NCBI GenBank assembly: GCA_951406725.2
Contig: OX597825.1
Coordinates: 37,262,001 to 37,326,000, forward strand
DNA: 64,000 nt
Direction: 5' to 3'
Source: Octopus vulgaris
Taxonomy: Eukaryota
The notes under the pieces were generated by a model. It was not told the DNA's origin and searched no databases. It saw only the letters and a list, made by a program, of their open reading frames with translations. Positions 13,461 to 27,929 of this stretch are shown in pieces. Made by a program: the position numbers and the translations under genes. Position 1 is the stretch's first letter. Each line of letters starts with the position of its first letter.

Positions 13461-13960
13461 AAAGTTCGAAACCTAGGTGGTACATTATCCACATCTGGGT
13501 TGTACATTTATTTAATATTCTTCCTACAGGTAAGATGAATAAGGGAAGATGTACTATAGCGTCGTATATTAATGACTGCTATTTCCAGTAAATATTGATA
13601 AATTGTTGTAGCACTATCCTATATTTATACTTTAACCTGATGGTGCTTTGTTTTACTGGGGAGCAATAGTACTGTAATGCACTATTTAATAATCTTTTCT
13701 TTGAAAACTTTTTTACTGTTCTCGGTGTGTTAATGGCTAGACGTTCAGACGAGTAATACTGGCATAAATGTAACGACATTTGAAATTTTGTCTAGGTGAA
13801 TCTAGTCGAAGAGAACTAATCAAATTTACGTTAACAAATGTAATTTATAAAGTTCGAAACCTTGGTCCTAGGTTGTCCACATCTGGGTTGTACATTTATT
13901 TAATGTTCTTCCTACAGGCAAGATGAACATTTTTGTGTTCACCGCCTGCAATCATTTTTA

Positions 13961-13964
<4 letters not shown>
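13461..13964 (+). mobile_element. Partial-tandem PLE pseudo-LTR with degenerate hammerhead
   Basis: Direct repeat 13461-13539 / 13849-13928; the second copy extends into a tail and then (TA)n. Hammerhead-like tctag-TCGAAGA-gaact..agttc-GAAAC-cttg-GTC-ctagg at 13801-13872. Confidence 0.6.
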
Positions 13965-14052
<88 letters not shown>

Positions 14053-14206
14053 ATTTTATAGAAGGAGCTTAATTAATTAAATATAATATATATAGTGAAG
14101 ATTTACTATATATATATAGTGAAGCTTTACTATAGCGTTGTGTACTATTGACTGCTATTTCCAGTAAATATTGGTGCATTGTCGCATCACTATCCTATCC
14201 TATATA

Positions 14207-14584
14207 GGTGGAGGCGTGGTTGTGTAGAAGGAACGTTAATTCCCAACGAATAATTTCAGATTTTGTCACACACACTGCGTTGCACCTCGGGCAAGTAGCC
14301 CCGGTCCGATTAAACCCCTGTGAGTGGATCTGTAAGATGATAGTTGAAAGAAGTCAGTTGTGTATATATATATATATATGCATGCATGTGTCTTTTTAGT
14401 CTATGTTTGTCCCTCACCACTGCATGACAACCGGTGTTGGTATATTTACAACTGCGTAACTTAGCACTTCGACCTGGGTGACATATTAGCATAAGTACAG
14501 GATTTAAAATAAAATGAGTACTGGGGCAGTTCATTCGACTAAATGTTTTCCGACACCTTGTTCCAGCATGGCCGTAGTCTAATG

Positions 14585-14585
<1 letters not shown>
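14207..14585 (+). mobile_element. SINE family A, decayed full-length copy
   Basis: tRNA-like head remnant, cacctcgggcaagt core-like segment, internal (TA)n, 3' body shared with other copies. Confidence 0.7.
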
Positions 14586-14642
<57 letters not shown>

Positions 14643-14929
14643 ATGTATATATATATATAGTGTATGTATATACATGTATGTATATACATGTATGTATATA
14701 CATGTATGTATATACATGTATGTATCTACACACACATACACACACACACACACACATATATAAACGTATACATATGTATATGAGTAAATATGCGGTAACA
14801 TACATATTTGCATGTATAGAAATATAAATAAATAAATTCACACATGTATATGAGTAATATTTAAAAAGGGCGGCATATATATATATATATATATACACAC
14901 ATCATTTATTTACATATCCATATACATAC

Positions 14930-15252
14930 AGGAGACCGCCTTCGGTCATGAATGAGTATGGGATTGCACCTAGAAAGTTACCTTCCGTGGCACATGTCCG
15001 GGCAGAGTTGTTTGTGGAATCCAGCAGTTGCTCATGCATACCAACCTCCCTCCCCACACCATTCTAAGGGAAAGGCAATGGCCGATACAGCTTGACACCG
15101 GTGATGTCTCAACTCGTTTCTACAGCTGAGTTAACTGGAGCAACGTGAAATAAAGTGTCTTGCTCAAGAACACAACACGCATCCCGGTTCGGGAATCGAA
15201 CTCACAACCTCACCATCGTAAGCTCGATGCTCTAACCACTGAGCCATGCGCC
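14930..15252 (-). mobile_element. tRNA-derived SINE family C
   Basis: Minus strand: A box tggctcagtgg, B box gagttcgattcc, then CORE-like gtgttcttgagcaagacactttatttcacgttgctccag. Confidence 0.85.
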
Positions 15253-15300
15253 TTCACATACATACATGCACACATACATATATATTTATATATGTATGTC

Positions 15301-15357
<57 letters not shown>

Positions 15358-15599
15358 ACATACACATACACACACATACGCACACACATACATATTTACA
15401 TAATTTTTTGCAAACAACTTGTAGATGCAAGTATTTCAAGCTAAAAGCTCCGCATACCAGATTCTAGCAAGCTTATGAGGTCACCAGGGGATAATGCGCG
15501 CTTCTTCGGGGCTTTCCTATCGACGGTATTATTCCGCAACGTACCAGCCTCTCACTGAGATGAGATCCCGTTGCTGGATGAACTAGTTACTAGATTTAC

Positions 15600-16700
15600 A
15601 TGAAGCTTCTCCTACCCATTGCTCATCGTCTCTTTTTGACTAAATCCAGTGGCTTGCTTTTTGTATTGTAACCTGGCATTCGCTTTATGATGAGTTAAAG
15701 CTATCGAAAATAACGACCGCCTTAAACTTTATTCGATGAATCCACTACATCCAATATCAGTTGGATAATGCTTTGCTTTCCAGCCTGTGCTTTCGCTTTC
15801 CTCGAGTAGCCGTTTATAACGGTCGATCTTTCGAGTCCAAGCTGCGTCCATGTTTTCTTCATGAGAAATCGTTATCTCGACTATATTTACTTCTTTTCCT
15901 CACATCATATGATATCTCATCATATAACATCTCACATCGTATAATTCCCATATCATATAATTTCTACGAAACTGGAATGAGGATAAATGTATTTCACTTT
16001 TCATCATTCCCAAGAAGTTTCTACTCTTTCAAACCGATCTGCTGTCCTGATCGCACAAAAATGAAAAGCCTCTGGCTGGTTTCTTCTGTGTTTTATGCAA
16101 CTGTTGATGAGAGCAAATTGGTTCTTTGTAGCGTCGAAAAGGATATTAAGGACCAGATTGTATCTCCAAGTACATCTATCTAATGCCAGTGAAGGTTTGA
16201 AATTATATGTTTCAGTGTTCGGACTTACCCGCATCAGCATTTATCATTTTCTCTGATACCGTCCATTATAACAGGTTTATAGGCGATAGCAAAGTATCGA
16301 TAGCAAAGTATAAACGAATCAGAAAATTCAAACGTTATGTAATCCAATACCACAGTTCATTCCATTTTATTTTTCTCTCAACTACGTGTTCCTTCCATCT
16401 TGTCATCGGTCCTTGTTGAAAGTATTGAATCAAATGACGCTCTCATCTCTCTGTTTCCCTTGCTTTGTCGCTGTAGCTAATAACAAATTTGCCCCGCACT
16501 GCTGTATATTTGAAAAGGGTCTGAACCGATCTGAACCGAATCGAAGTCAATTCCGGGTAAGCTGCGTCGTATCTACCATATCTCGGTAGGATGCCATCAG
16601 CTTCTGCTTTTCATTTCCAGTTTTTTTTTTGCATCATGTGGATTACACTGATTTCTATATCCTTCGACTCTCTTTTCCCTACTTTATAAATTTCGTCAAT
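15600..16700 (-). mobile_element. HERO/NeSL-like RLE non-LTR retrotransposon 3' remnant
   Basis: Minus-strand translation WKEHVVERKIKWNELWYW..FLIR, LDRCTWRYNLVLNIL and DAAWTRKIDRYKRLLEESESTGWKAKHYPTDIGCSGF, matching the RK..KY..L..GW..P.EVG.RGF pattern. Confidence 0.7.
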
Positions 16701-16745
16701 GATTGACACCAACCTTAATTGCAATAAGTCTCTCTTACGATATAT

Positions 16746-17470
16746 ACAGAGTGCGATGGGTAAATTGCTGCTATTTCATATTTTGAATTTCGCGAATTGT
16801 TTGTTTTAGATTTTGTCGAACAGTCAGTATAACAAGGTCATTTGGGCACCGTCTGTGAGAAAAACAGCACCATGACGCAATTCACTACGCCAGAGATTTG
16901 GAAACAGCTTCCTGTACTTCTTGGTATTCGCACCGGAAGCTCCAATACGAACATTTCAGAGTGTTTGGGAATCAATCTTAGGACAGTACAGAGGATTTAG
17001 AAAGAGTTGGGTGAGTCTAATGGTGATTACAAAGGTACAGCAGCTTGGAAAACTCACCCTAATTGTTCTGATAAGAAAGAAACTCCTGAATTTGTTGGTG
17101 AGATCCTGACTATGATTCACAATGATCCCTCCAAGTCAATCAGATACATCGCCAGCGACTTGGAAATGTTTCAGTTTCTTATCAGGCCGTCACACAATTT
17201 CTCCGACTACACAACCCCTAACATCTGGTCACTTATCTCCCAGACTGAAATCTCCTTGATTATTATATGTGGGGTGCAGTTGAGCGAGAGATCAACAAAA
17301 CTCCATGTAGCACCAAAGAAGAACTGGAGGCAAGGATTATGACAGCATTCACCAACTTAAACAAGGAGACCGTCCAGAAGAGTCGCAGAATATTCTGAAG
17401 TCGTCTAGAGGCCGTGGTCGAAGCCAATGGCGATTTTATTAAATAAATGTATTCTTTAGTATTTCAAAAT
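16746..17470 (+). mobile_element. Internally deleted Tc1/mariner-superfamily (maT/DD37D-like) transposon
   Basis: N-terminal HTH from ATG 16872 (ISECLGINLRTVQRI..NDPSKSIRYIASDL) joined to the C-terminus (PNIWS..SPD*NLLDYYMWG..SRLEAVVEANGDFIK*, stop about 17446); catalytic middle missing. Confidence 0.8.
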
Positions 17471-17489
17471 ATTACAGAGACAGATGCAA

Positions 17490-17736
17490 GCACACCAACA
17501 TCCGGTGTAAAGCGATGCTGAGGAGACACATACAGACACAGACACAACACACATACACACACACACATACTTCTTTCAGTTTCCGTCAAACAAATACACT
17601 CACAAAGCTATAGTAAAAGACATCTGCCCAAAGTACAACACAGTGGGGCTGAACACAGAACCATGTTCGGAATCACACCAACATTGGTTGTCAAACGATG
17701 GTGGGGAAGACAAACGCAGGCATAGAAATGCACACA

Positions 17737-17806
<70 letters not shown>

Positions 17807-17967
17807 AACACACACACACATATGTACGAATGGCTTCTTTAAGTTTCCGTCTACCAAATCCAATCACTAGGCTTTGGTCGGCCCCAAGCTATAGTAGAAG
17901 ACACTTATCTAATTTGCTACGCAGTGGGACTGAACCCGGAACCATATGGTTGGGAAGCATACCGCAC
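17490..17967 (-). mobile_element. Two tandem partial SINE family A copies with internal (CA)n
   Basis: Repeated ttctttcagtttccgtc..ctatagtagaagacac..cagtggg.ctgaac blocks at about 17570-17670 and 17835-17960. Confidence 0.75.
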
Positions 17968-18201
17968 ATATTTTATACATATAGAGAGATATATAAACAT
18001 ACATACATGTATATGTATGTATATAGTCATATACATACATTTATATATGTGTGCGTTTGTGTGTGTGTGTGTATATTTGTATGTATGTGTGTATGTGTAT
18101 ATGTATGTTCTGGAAGTTCGAAGGATCCACCCTGCTAGCCGGTTATATAGATGTCTATCTTTTTCCCTCTCTCTCCCCCCTCTCTCTCTGTATATATATA
18201 T

Positions 18202-18455
18202 ATATTAATAGTTATCGCCATATTAATATGGCAGTCTAAATATAAGACTAAAGCGGCTGACCTCCCCTGTTCGAAGGTTGTAATGGACGCAGGTTCGTGT
18301 GTCATATAGCTAGCTAGAGGCGGTGGCCTCTTGGAGCTAATCAGCGACAGCTTTAGTCTTATATTTAGACTGCCATATTAGTATGGCGATAACTATTAAT
18401 ATCCAGTAACGCTGCCGTAATCTCCTTTAGAGAGACTTAGTCATTTTAATATTTC

Positions 18456-18458
<3 letters not shown>
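18202..18458 (+). mobile_element. Fold-back insertion in (TA)n
   Basis: Arms 18202-18254 and 18350-18402 (1 mismatch), tail 18403-18458, (TA)n on both sides. Confidence 0.7.
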
Positions 18459-18496
<38 letters not shown>

Positions 18497-18641
18497 TACA
18501 TTTATATATCTATATATATATCTATCTATCTTTCTATCTATGTATAAGTAGATATAATGTAAATACAGATTTATATGCATATATAAATAGAGATATTAAT
18601 ATATACATACAAATGAACGTCTGTATATATACATACATGCG

Positions 18642-18736
<95 letters not shown>

Positions 18737-20902
18737 GAGGTTAGGTGGGTGTAAAGTTAGGATGTTTCCAGGGAAGCACACGGCCTGAATATTGGGCTAT
18801 CAACACTCTCTCGTTCCCGGCCAAAGCCGGAATTCTTCAGGTGTAGAAATTCCTAGTTCCACGACGATTATACCGCAAAATAGGTATGACGAAGAGCAAA
18901 TATTCCAATGAAAAGAAGATAGAGAAAAACTTTTAACACATGTTTAATTTAAGATGTGATAAAGAATTTTCTTTATATACAGGAAAATCTGTCCTCAACT
19001 ATCCTCTTATATGTAAACAATAATCCTGTCCTTTTCTTGAATGGCATGTCTAATTTAAAGAATACTTGAATTTTGTAATTATCTCGCCTTCTCAGCAGGA
19101 ACTGGACATGTAAAGTAAATTTAATAAATCAAGAATGCTTGTTGTAAGTTACATCCAACCTACTGACATTCACATAACACTACACAAATACACTGTGCAT
19201 TTAGACCATTTCTTTACATCTTATACATGCCACGCTGATTACCATAAGCCGTTCACTTTCTCTGCCTTCTGTCTTTTATTCTTCTCTCTTACCCACCCTC
19301 CATATATCATTTTCTCACTTTCCTTTTTCCTACTTATTTCCTCTCTCAATCCATGTCACATTTTCATATTTTTCGCCCTGTACCCAGACCGTACCGTCAT
19401 GTCTGACCGTCGAATTCTGCTCTCCAGCTTTAATTCTATCTTGTAGGTGATGTTTAGGGTATCACAAACCTTTGTTTTTTCCTCTTTGCTCTTAATTTTT
19501 CTATTGTCTGGTAAAGGGTTATTACCCAAAATGTCAGCTTCTATTTTTGTCGTACATTACTTTCTTTTGTAGTTCTTTTGACTCTTTAGTTTTATGATTT
19601 TCAGCAACTCATTTTCCCGTGAATCATTTCGGATAGTATTTTTTGCTCGTTTCTGCTTTGTTTCAGATTTTACTCCTATAATTTTTGTGATTTTCGTCTA
19701 ACTATATACTTACAGCTACGCAGGATTATTCTCTGCTACTTAGTGGGTTGGTCGTAGCATCTTTCTCTCTCTCTCTTTCAATCTATCTGTGTGTGTGTGT
19801 GAGTAGGGGTGTTGGTATTTATATTCATATGTATAAGTATGATGCAGTGAATAGCTCGCGGTTTCGAAGGAAACTGCTTACGAACATAATCAGGTCAGCG
19901 CCTTAATAATTAAAGATGACGCTTAATTTAAGTTTTCCCTTGGTGTCATCCACGGCTTAACAATAGGTGAAATTTAGAAAATTGAAATCTTAATCTACAA
20001 TATTCGTTCCGTCTGTCCGCACTCGGCTCTGAAGTACCACTGTTGTGAATTTTGCACTTCATCATAACGCGGCATGTAAATCATGTACCATTCGTATTTA
20101 GGAGTAAAATCTCTCTCACTCTCTTTTCTTTTCCGTGGGAAACTGCAGTGAGGGAAACTGCAGTGGACAACTGGAGGGAAACTGCAGTGGACAAACTTGG
20201 CGAGGGATGGACATTGGCCAAAAATGACTAACTTACTCCTTACCTCCTCAAAACGGCATCCCTACACTCAAGTTAAAACTTTTTATCAGAATTTATCAGT
20301 TTTTCTACCGAATCATTGAGATTAATAAAGTTCCTAAAGATATCATGACACTCGACGCTTCTATAATTTCACAGTATCCACTTCATGAAGTACCTGATTT
20401 CTGTAGAAATTATGACCGGCTTTTTCAAGACATCTCGATGTTTTAGCTGGTATTTGAAATTTGATGATTTGATATATATGTTTGTATTATCTGTTAAGAA
20501 CCGCACTATTTGATGATTAATGTTACTATCGTTAATTTACTATTAATTTTTTGCAATGTTGAAATTTGTAGAACTGATACTGTTAGATTATCCTTGATTT
20601 CTTACAGTGCACGTAAAACAAAGAGTGATTGTAACACAATGCTTTACAAAATAAATCATAGCTGGACAGGAAAACATTAGTGGATAACATTTCCATACTA
20701 TATGAAAATGTTTCATTCTTGTAAAGCCTTAATGATGTATGAGTAACAAAAGAGCACAATGCTAAAATAACTCAACACGCACATGTCACAAAGAGAGGGA
20801 ACATGTGATTAAGGATGTATATATACGAAATTTCAAATACTGGTCAAAAAATCTAAGACTCTAAGTTTACAGAAATCAAAATTTCACAGCATAAAATGCT
20901 TA

Positions 20903-21155
20903 TACATTATTTACATTATTTACATTTGGCGGATATTTGTCCTCATTTTGTTTGTTGTTAACACAACGTTACGGCAGATATACTCTCCAGCCTTCTTCGG
21001 GTGCTCTGGGAAAATTTCGAACCTGGGTTCTCCTTCCTAAGGTATGTTTCGATGTTATTATTATTATTCAGGTCACTGCCTGGAATCGAACTCGGAATCT
21101 TGGGGTTAGTAGACCGCGCTCTTAACCACTACGCGATATGACCTGAATGACCTGA

Positions 21156-21216
<61 letters not shown>

Positions 21217-21408
21217 CAACAACATCGAAAAATATCTTAGGAATGAGAACCCAGGTTCGAAATTTCCTCAGGGCACCTGAAGAAGGCTGGAGAGTATATC
21301 AGCTGAGCTGAAACGTTTTGTTAACAACAAACAAGCTGAGGACAAATAACCGTCAAATGTAAATAATGTAAATAGTATACATAATTCCTCATCTCTCAAA
21401 TATAGAAC
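20903..21408. mobile_element. Head-to-head pair of a tRNA-headed, hammerhead-bearing short element (family H)
   Basis: Minus copy 21140-20903: tRNA-like head (A box tcgcgtagtgg, B box gagttcgattcc), (AAT)n, body. Plus copy 21139-21408 lacks the head but has hammerhead CTGAAGA..GAAACGTT (21272-21320) and an extra tail. Confidence 0.8.
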
Positions 21409-22042
21409 TGTAAAATGTTTATGTTGTACAGGCTAAACATAATTACGGCCTGATGATGAGGCTGCGGAAATTGAGCAATGTTGATGGCTATGAAAGATTT
21501 AGTGATCCCACTTTTTCCGCTGAAATTTAATGAACTGATAAGAAAATATAACAATACCTTATTGAAGCCAAAATACAATCGTGTAATTATGATCCACATA
21601 AATACGAGTATATATACGTATATATATATATATATGACTATGTTTATGTGCATATGTCTACATATATTGATATGCTTATACCTCCTCATATGTATAGAGA
21701 TATACAGACAAAAGCCTTGTAACGCATAGACGGTAATATTTCCGCCTCCCTCTCTTCACGCCAACAATACTTGCTTCTTGTCATTTCTTCCTCAATTATA
21801 CTACGCCGTTTGAAAAATAATGTAAACAATGTTCTTGTTGGAGTTGTAAACAGATGATTTCTCGCGCAAAAACATGTGAAATTTATCAGTCTGAGAGAGA
21901 TATTAAATGTAGGGCTACAATCACTTCTACTTGAGTAAAACATTAAACCAAGCTCTCGTCTCCTGTTATCAAAACTATAATCACAAATAGGAGAGCATGA
22001 ATAGTTGTATATGTAGAGGCGTTCCCACAAACACACAGTTTT

Positions 22043-22096
<54 letters not shown>

Positions 22097-22818
22097 GCAT
22101 ATATTACACAATATAATATAAATTATACCTTATATATCAATTGTTCATAACTGTATCTATCTATCTTTCTATCTATCTACCTATATGAGTGCAAAGGTCT
22201 AAAAGTATATATCTTTCCACAGGAATATAAAAAGATCCTTGAAAAATGGAGAAATAGCTATGTAAATTATTTTATTTTTCCTTTAACAGTTCAGTAAAAA
22301 CATGGTTTCTGGTTACTTAAAAACCCAACTAAAATAACCAACAAAAATAAAATATAATAAACAATTAGTATTCATATTTACGTGTACCAAAACGGGAAAG
22401 ATCAGGCATTGATGTGTTCATTGTAATAGTATGATGCTACTGGAATTCGATGGTCTATTACTCTTTGACCACGAACATTATGTAAAAAACATAGACGAAA
22501 ACATATTGCCACTGGAGTGAGTCACTAATAAAGTTGGGCTACTCCGACCTGATGAATTAAATAAGTTCACACGAGGTTTATACTTATGTAAAAACCTTAA
22601 TCACTTATTATTGTTACAAGTCGCAATCGTGTCAAGCATGCAAAATCACACACATGTGTGTGTGTGCATACACATACATACATACTTATACATATATATA
22701 CATATATGTATATATACACGCAATTACTTACATGTGCACACTAATATACATAGACACACATGCTATGCAGATAGACTGCACCCGCGAACATACACGCATA
22801 ATGTATGTTTATATATGT

Positions 22819-22879
<61 letters not shown>

Positions 22880-23497
22880 CATACATGCACACACATATAT
22901 ATACATATATATATCCCCGTCTATTTCATTGTCTATGTATCGATGCAGCTGTCATTCTGTGTATCATCTATCAATATACGTAATATAGATTCAATGAGGT
23001 TTTGTTCATATATATGCACAAGCACACTCATATGCACACCAATATATATATATATATATGCATACATATATATATTTGAATATATATGTATATATGTCAT
23101 GTATATATATTTCTATGTATCTATCTATACATGAATATATGCGTGTATATATATATAGATATATATTTGTATACATATGTATATATGCTATGGGTACATA
23201 TATATACATGGAAATATGTGTTTCTGTACATATATACATACCCACATATATGTATGTGTGTCTATGTGTGTGTGCGTGTGTGCGCGTGTAAAACATATGT
23301 ATAATTATATCTTTCATCTTTCCGCTCCTTGAAGCTATCTTGAATATTAAAACGTGTGTGGTTTTTGAGAGTGAAAATTATTGAGTATTTGTTTTACCAC
23401 GTTTCAAATGATTAAAATTAACCAATCGATACACACTGACACACACACATATATATTACGCATATTTTTTGTGTGTATGTGTGTGAGTGTGTATGTA

Positions 23498-23533
<36 letters not shown>

Positions 23534-23663
23534 AATATATTTATCAAATGTTTAGAATGAACAGAGGTATAAATCTGTTTTGAACTTTCTTGAACTCAAG
23601 GGAATAAATATTGACCCGAATAAATGCTGATATTACACATACACACACACACATACACACATG

Positions 23664-23697
<34 letters not shown>

Positions 23698-23877
23698 AGC
23701 ATACATACACCCACATATATATATGTATATATGTATGCGTATATATGTGTTTCAATATTTCTATATATATATTAACATACAAATACTTATTTAAACATTT
23801 TCATATATACGTGCACGTAAACGCACAATGATGTTTACATATGTTTATAAACATACCTATATATGAATTACATAGGA

Positions 23878-23933
<56 letters not shown>

Positions 23934-23975
23934 GCATATGTTTATAACTGTGTGTATACATATCCATATTGCTAC

Positions 23976-24015
<40 letters not shown>

Positions 24016-24541
24016 CCATAATATATGGATTCATTTATTAATGGAAATATTCAGATACATGTATGCTTATAGGCATATCTCTCTCTCCATTCCTCTCCTT
24101 CTCTCTCTCTATATATATATATAAACACACACACACATATATATATATATATACATACACACACACACGCGCGCACACACACACACATATGCATATATAT
24201 ATCTTTTCATACCTATATATATCGTTCTATATATATGTGTGTGTGTGCGTTTGTTTGTGTCAGCGCGTGCGTGTGTGTTTGTGTGTGTGTGCGTCAGTGT
24301 GAGTGTGTATACCTGGCTGGAGGATGTCAATAACGCCGTCATCGTCTTTACATCCAACATATCCTGCTGCAAAATAAAGATTATTTTGGGTACAATGTAA
24401 CAAAAAAAAAAAAGAAATGAAAAATAATAAATTAAGAGATTGTAAAATAAAATAATGTTTCAACAATTTTCATTTGAAGCCATAACTCTAAACAATATGT
24501 ATGTACAAACATATGTAAATATATGCAATGAATATGCAATG

Positions 24542-24590
<49 letters not shown>

Positions 24591-24601
24591 GTATATGTAT
24601 A

Positions 24602-24654
<53 letters not shown>

Positions 24655-25239
24655 GAATATACATGCTCATATATATGCATAAATATGTATAAAGATATGC
24701 ATGTCTGTACTCATTGATATGCATATATATGTATATATAGCTGTATATATTTTACAAACTTACATATTTATGCATATATGTGTGTAGACAGAACATTTAA
24801 ATAACGAAAATAACAGCGATCTGATTCAGAATTAGAACACACATTTCGATAATATGGTCAAGAAACCAGTTCATCTCTTAAACTACAGTTTAATTTTACT
24901 TTCACTAACATATTCATGTATGATCTTCCATACACACACGTATGCATGCACACATTGTTCCACCCATTCAGATTCTCATAGCTATTAACATATATTCCCA
25001 ACCACACAGTTTCACAAGCACACAAAGTCCTTTTTGTTTCTTTTATTCGCTGAAACATTCGTTTATTCATTGTTCCTGTTGTTGCTGTCTTTTTTTTCAT
25101 CTGTTTGTGGGGGAGTACTTTTGTTCTCTATGTATAGATTCCTGCGCGGATCAATCATGGTTTGGATGATTGAACAGAAATGGAATGTACTAGATCGACG
25201 TCCTTCGAAGCGATGTAATTAAATCCCAGCTGTAACACG

Positions 25240-25270
<31 letters not shown>

Positions 25271-25380
25271 CTATTTATTATGTTCAAATTTTCTGGTTAA
25301 TAGAAATGAAAAATGAATAACAACACACATACAGGTATCATATATATACATGCATACATATATATGGATATATATATCTT

Positions 25381-25428
<48 letters not shown>

Positions 25429-26368
25429 GTATATGTATATATATATATATATATATACATACATACATATATATATATTTATACACAAACACATATATAT
25501 ATATAGATATACTTACAAACACTTATGTATATAAATATATATACATATATGTTTGCCTCTCTCTGTGTGTTTGTGTGTGTGTGTGTGATTTTGTGTATGC
25601 ATGTAGATGCACACCTTTTACATGAAAATTTACAAAACAATTGTAACGACAAATATGAACTGATATGGAAAGAATCTTGTCAATTTTAATTCGTCTTTCT
25701 TTCTCTTTCAGTATATATATATATTTATATATATATATATATATAATACATATATATATATATATAGGTACATATGTATGTGTGTGGAGTTGGTGCCCTG
25801 TTGTTTGCTTCCTGATAATCGATTATCCCGTTTCATCGGCTGATTTGGAAAGACCAATACTGTTATTGTTTCATGTTGACAGTTGACACCTCGCACTTTG
25901 AACAGAGATATTCCTTTCACGGTAGTGGTGGGGGGCGGAGCTATACATCTTTTTGTATTTGTTCGTTAATGATAACATTTCATTATAGATTTTTGAAGTT
26001 TTTCTTATTCTTTTGCCGAGAACAAAACGAGAAAGAAGCAGTCCAGTAATGAACACGTGACTTTGTTCTAGTTTTGCAGACTGTAGTTTTAGTTTACGTT
26101 TATGGTTTCTTTCGTTTTAATTTTTTTTTGTGGAGATATTTTTAACGTAATTTTTATATTTAACCTTTATATATAATCATCCATTTCGTCTTCCGATTTT
26201 ATCATTTTACTTATTGTCCATAGAAATTAGGAACGTTGCCATTGCTTGAGAAGTTAAACCGCTGGTCACATATCTGCGATGTGTTAATATTATTAAAAAA
26301 TATTTCATAAAATTTATCATAGTAATAATAGTTGTAATAATAATGATGATGATGATAATATTATTATT

Positions 26369-26423
<55 letters not shown>

Positions 26424-26778
26424 TTAATAATAATAATAAATATTATAATACTATCAGTATTATTATTACTATTATCATTATTATTTTTACTATTCCTATA
26501 CTTTTCTTTTGCTGTTTTTTTTTTCAATGATTACTGGTTTTATAAAATAAGTATTTCAATTTTTCATAAAATCAAATTTATCGTATAATGAGAAATGGAG
26601 CCTAAACGTAACGCTGTGTGACACGTAATTTGTGAATTCCCGATGTCAGGGGGAAAATGGCCGATAACATTCGTAACAGATATTACCATAATATCAGTGA
26701 AGGAAAAATAACTGATTCAGTAAACAGTACACTGAATTATGATTCTTGAAGAAGAGACTCGTTGTCATTTTGATCTTT

Positions 26779-26859
<81 letters not shown>

Positions 26860-27154
26860 GTACGTATATATATATATATATATATGCACATATATACATA
26901 CCTACATACATATATGTACACAAACTAATATAAGTATATGCATGTATGTATATGTGTGTGTGTGTGCATATAAATATATATACTTATATGGATATAAATA
27001 TGCATAAATTTGTATATACACACACACACACATATATATAGACGTATGTATATACTCACACCCGTATAATATATATATATGTATGTATAGCCATATATTT
27101 ATGGATATATATATGTATATATGTATGTATGTATGTATATATGTATATGTATAT

Positions 27155-27188
<34 letters not shown>

Positions 27189-27929
27189 GTGTGTAAATGT
27201 ATATATATATATGCATATATATATATATATGCATATATCTACGCTTACATAAATGTTATGTGTGTGTTACATTTTCGTTCTTTTGCTGTCAGTCTTAGCG
27301 TTAACATTCTGGTCGTATCGAAGCGACAACTTCTTAACGGATCAAATGATCTTTGACTGGATTCATTTCAGCCCAGTCAAAGTTTCTAATGACTTAAGAC
27401 TTGATTTACGGCTCAAGCGGACTTCCATCATTGTATCAAACCATCTGCCAGGTCCTCCTGCTTGTGGAATTCCCCCTGCAAGTTAAGCAGTCTGGCTGAA
27501 ATTTGATCTTCAGACCAAATCTGATAATATTAATCAAAAAGGCCACCATATTTGCTCACGCACTCTTGTCCGTTGCTACAGATGTTCTGTTGAATATATA
27601 AGTAAGTAAAATAGTAGAAGGAAACAAGGCAACTGTGGCGTGAACTGTGAGTTAGATATTTGTCCGTTGGTCGTTTGTGTTGGTTCTATTCCTACAAAAT
27701 AGAAGCGAAATAGAATATATAAACATTTTAAAAATGATTTTGCAAGATCATTAACTGAAACAATTGTTTTTTTTAAATGACGAAAACTGAAGAATATTTT
27801 GAAATTTATTACATGAAATACTGCTTGGTTTCGTAATAATAACAATACTGACAAACATGAAATAATGTTAATAATAATGATCAACTAGTGTATAAAGAAA
27901 ATGATAATAATCGTAATAATAATTTTTTA

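Noticed and set aside
18812-18860. CCCGGCCAAAGCCGG hairpin as a Helitron 3' end
   Set aside because: CTAG is too far from the hairpin and there is no other supporting structure.
21068-21140. tRNA gene
   Set aside because: A and B boxes are present but the stems are imperfect and the sequence is fused to a dispersed repeat body; treated as a SINE-type head. The same applies to 15180-15252.
21446-21480. CTGATGA..GGAAA possible hammerhead
   Set aside because: No convincing stem II, stem III or stem I.
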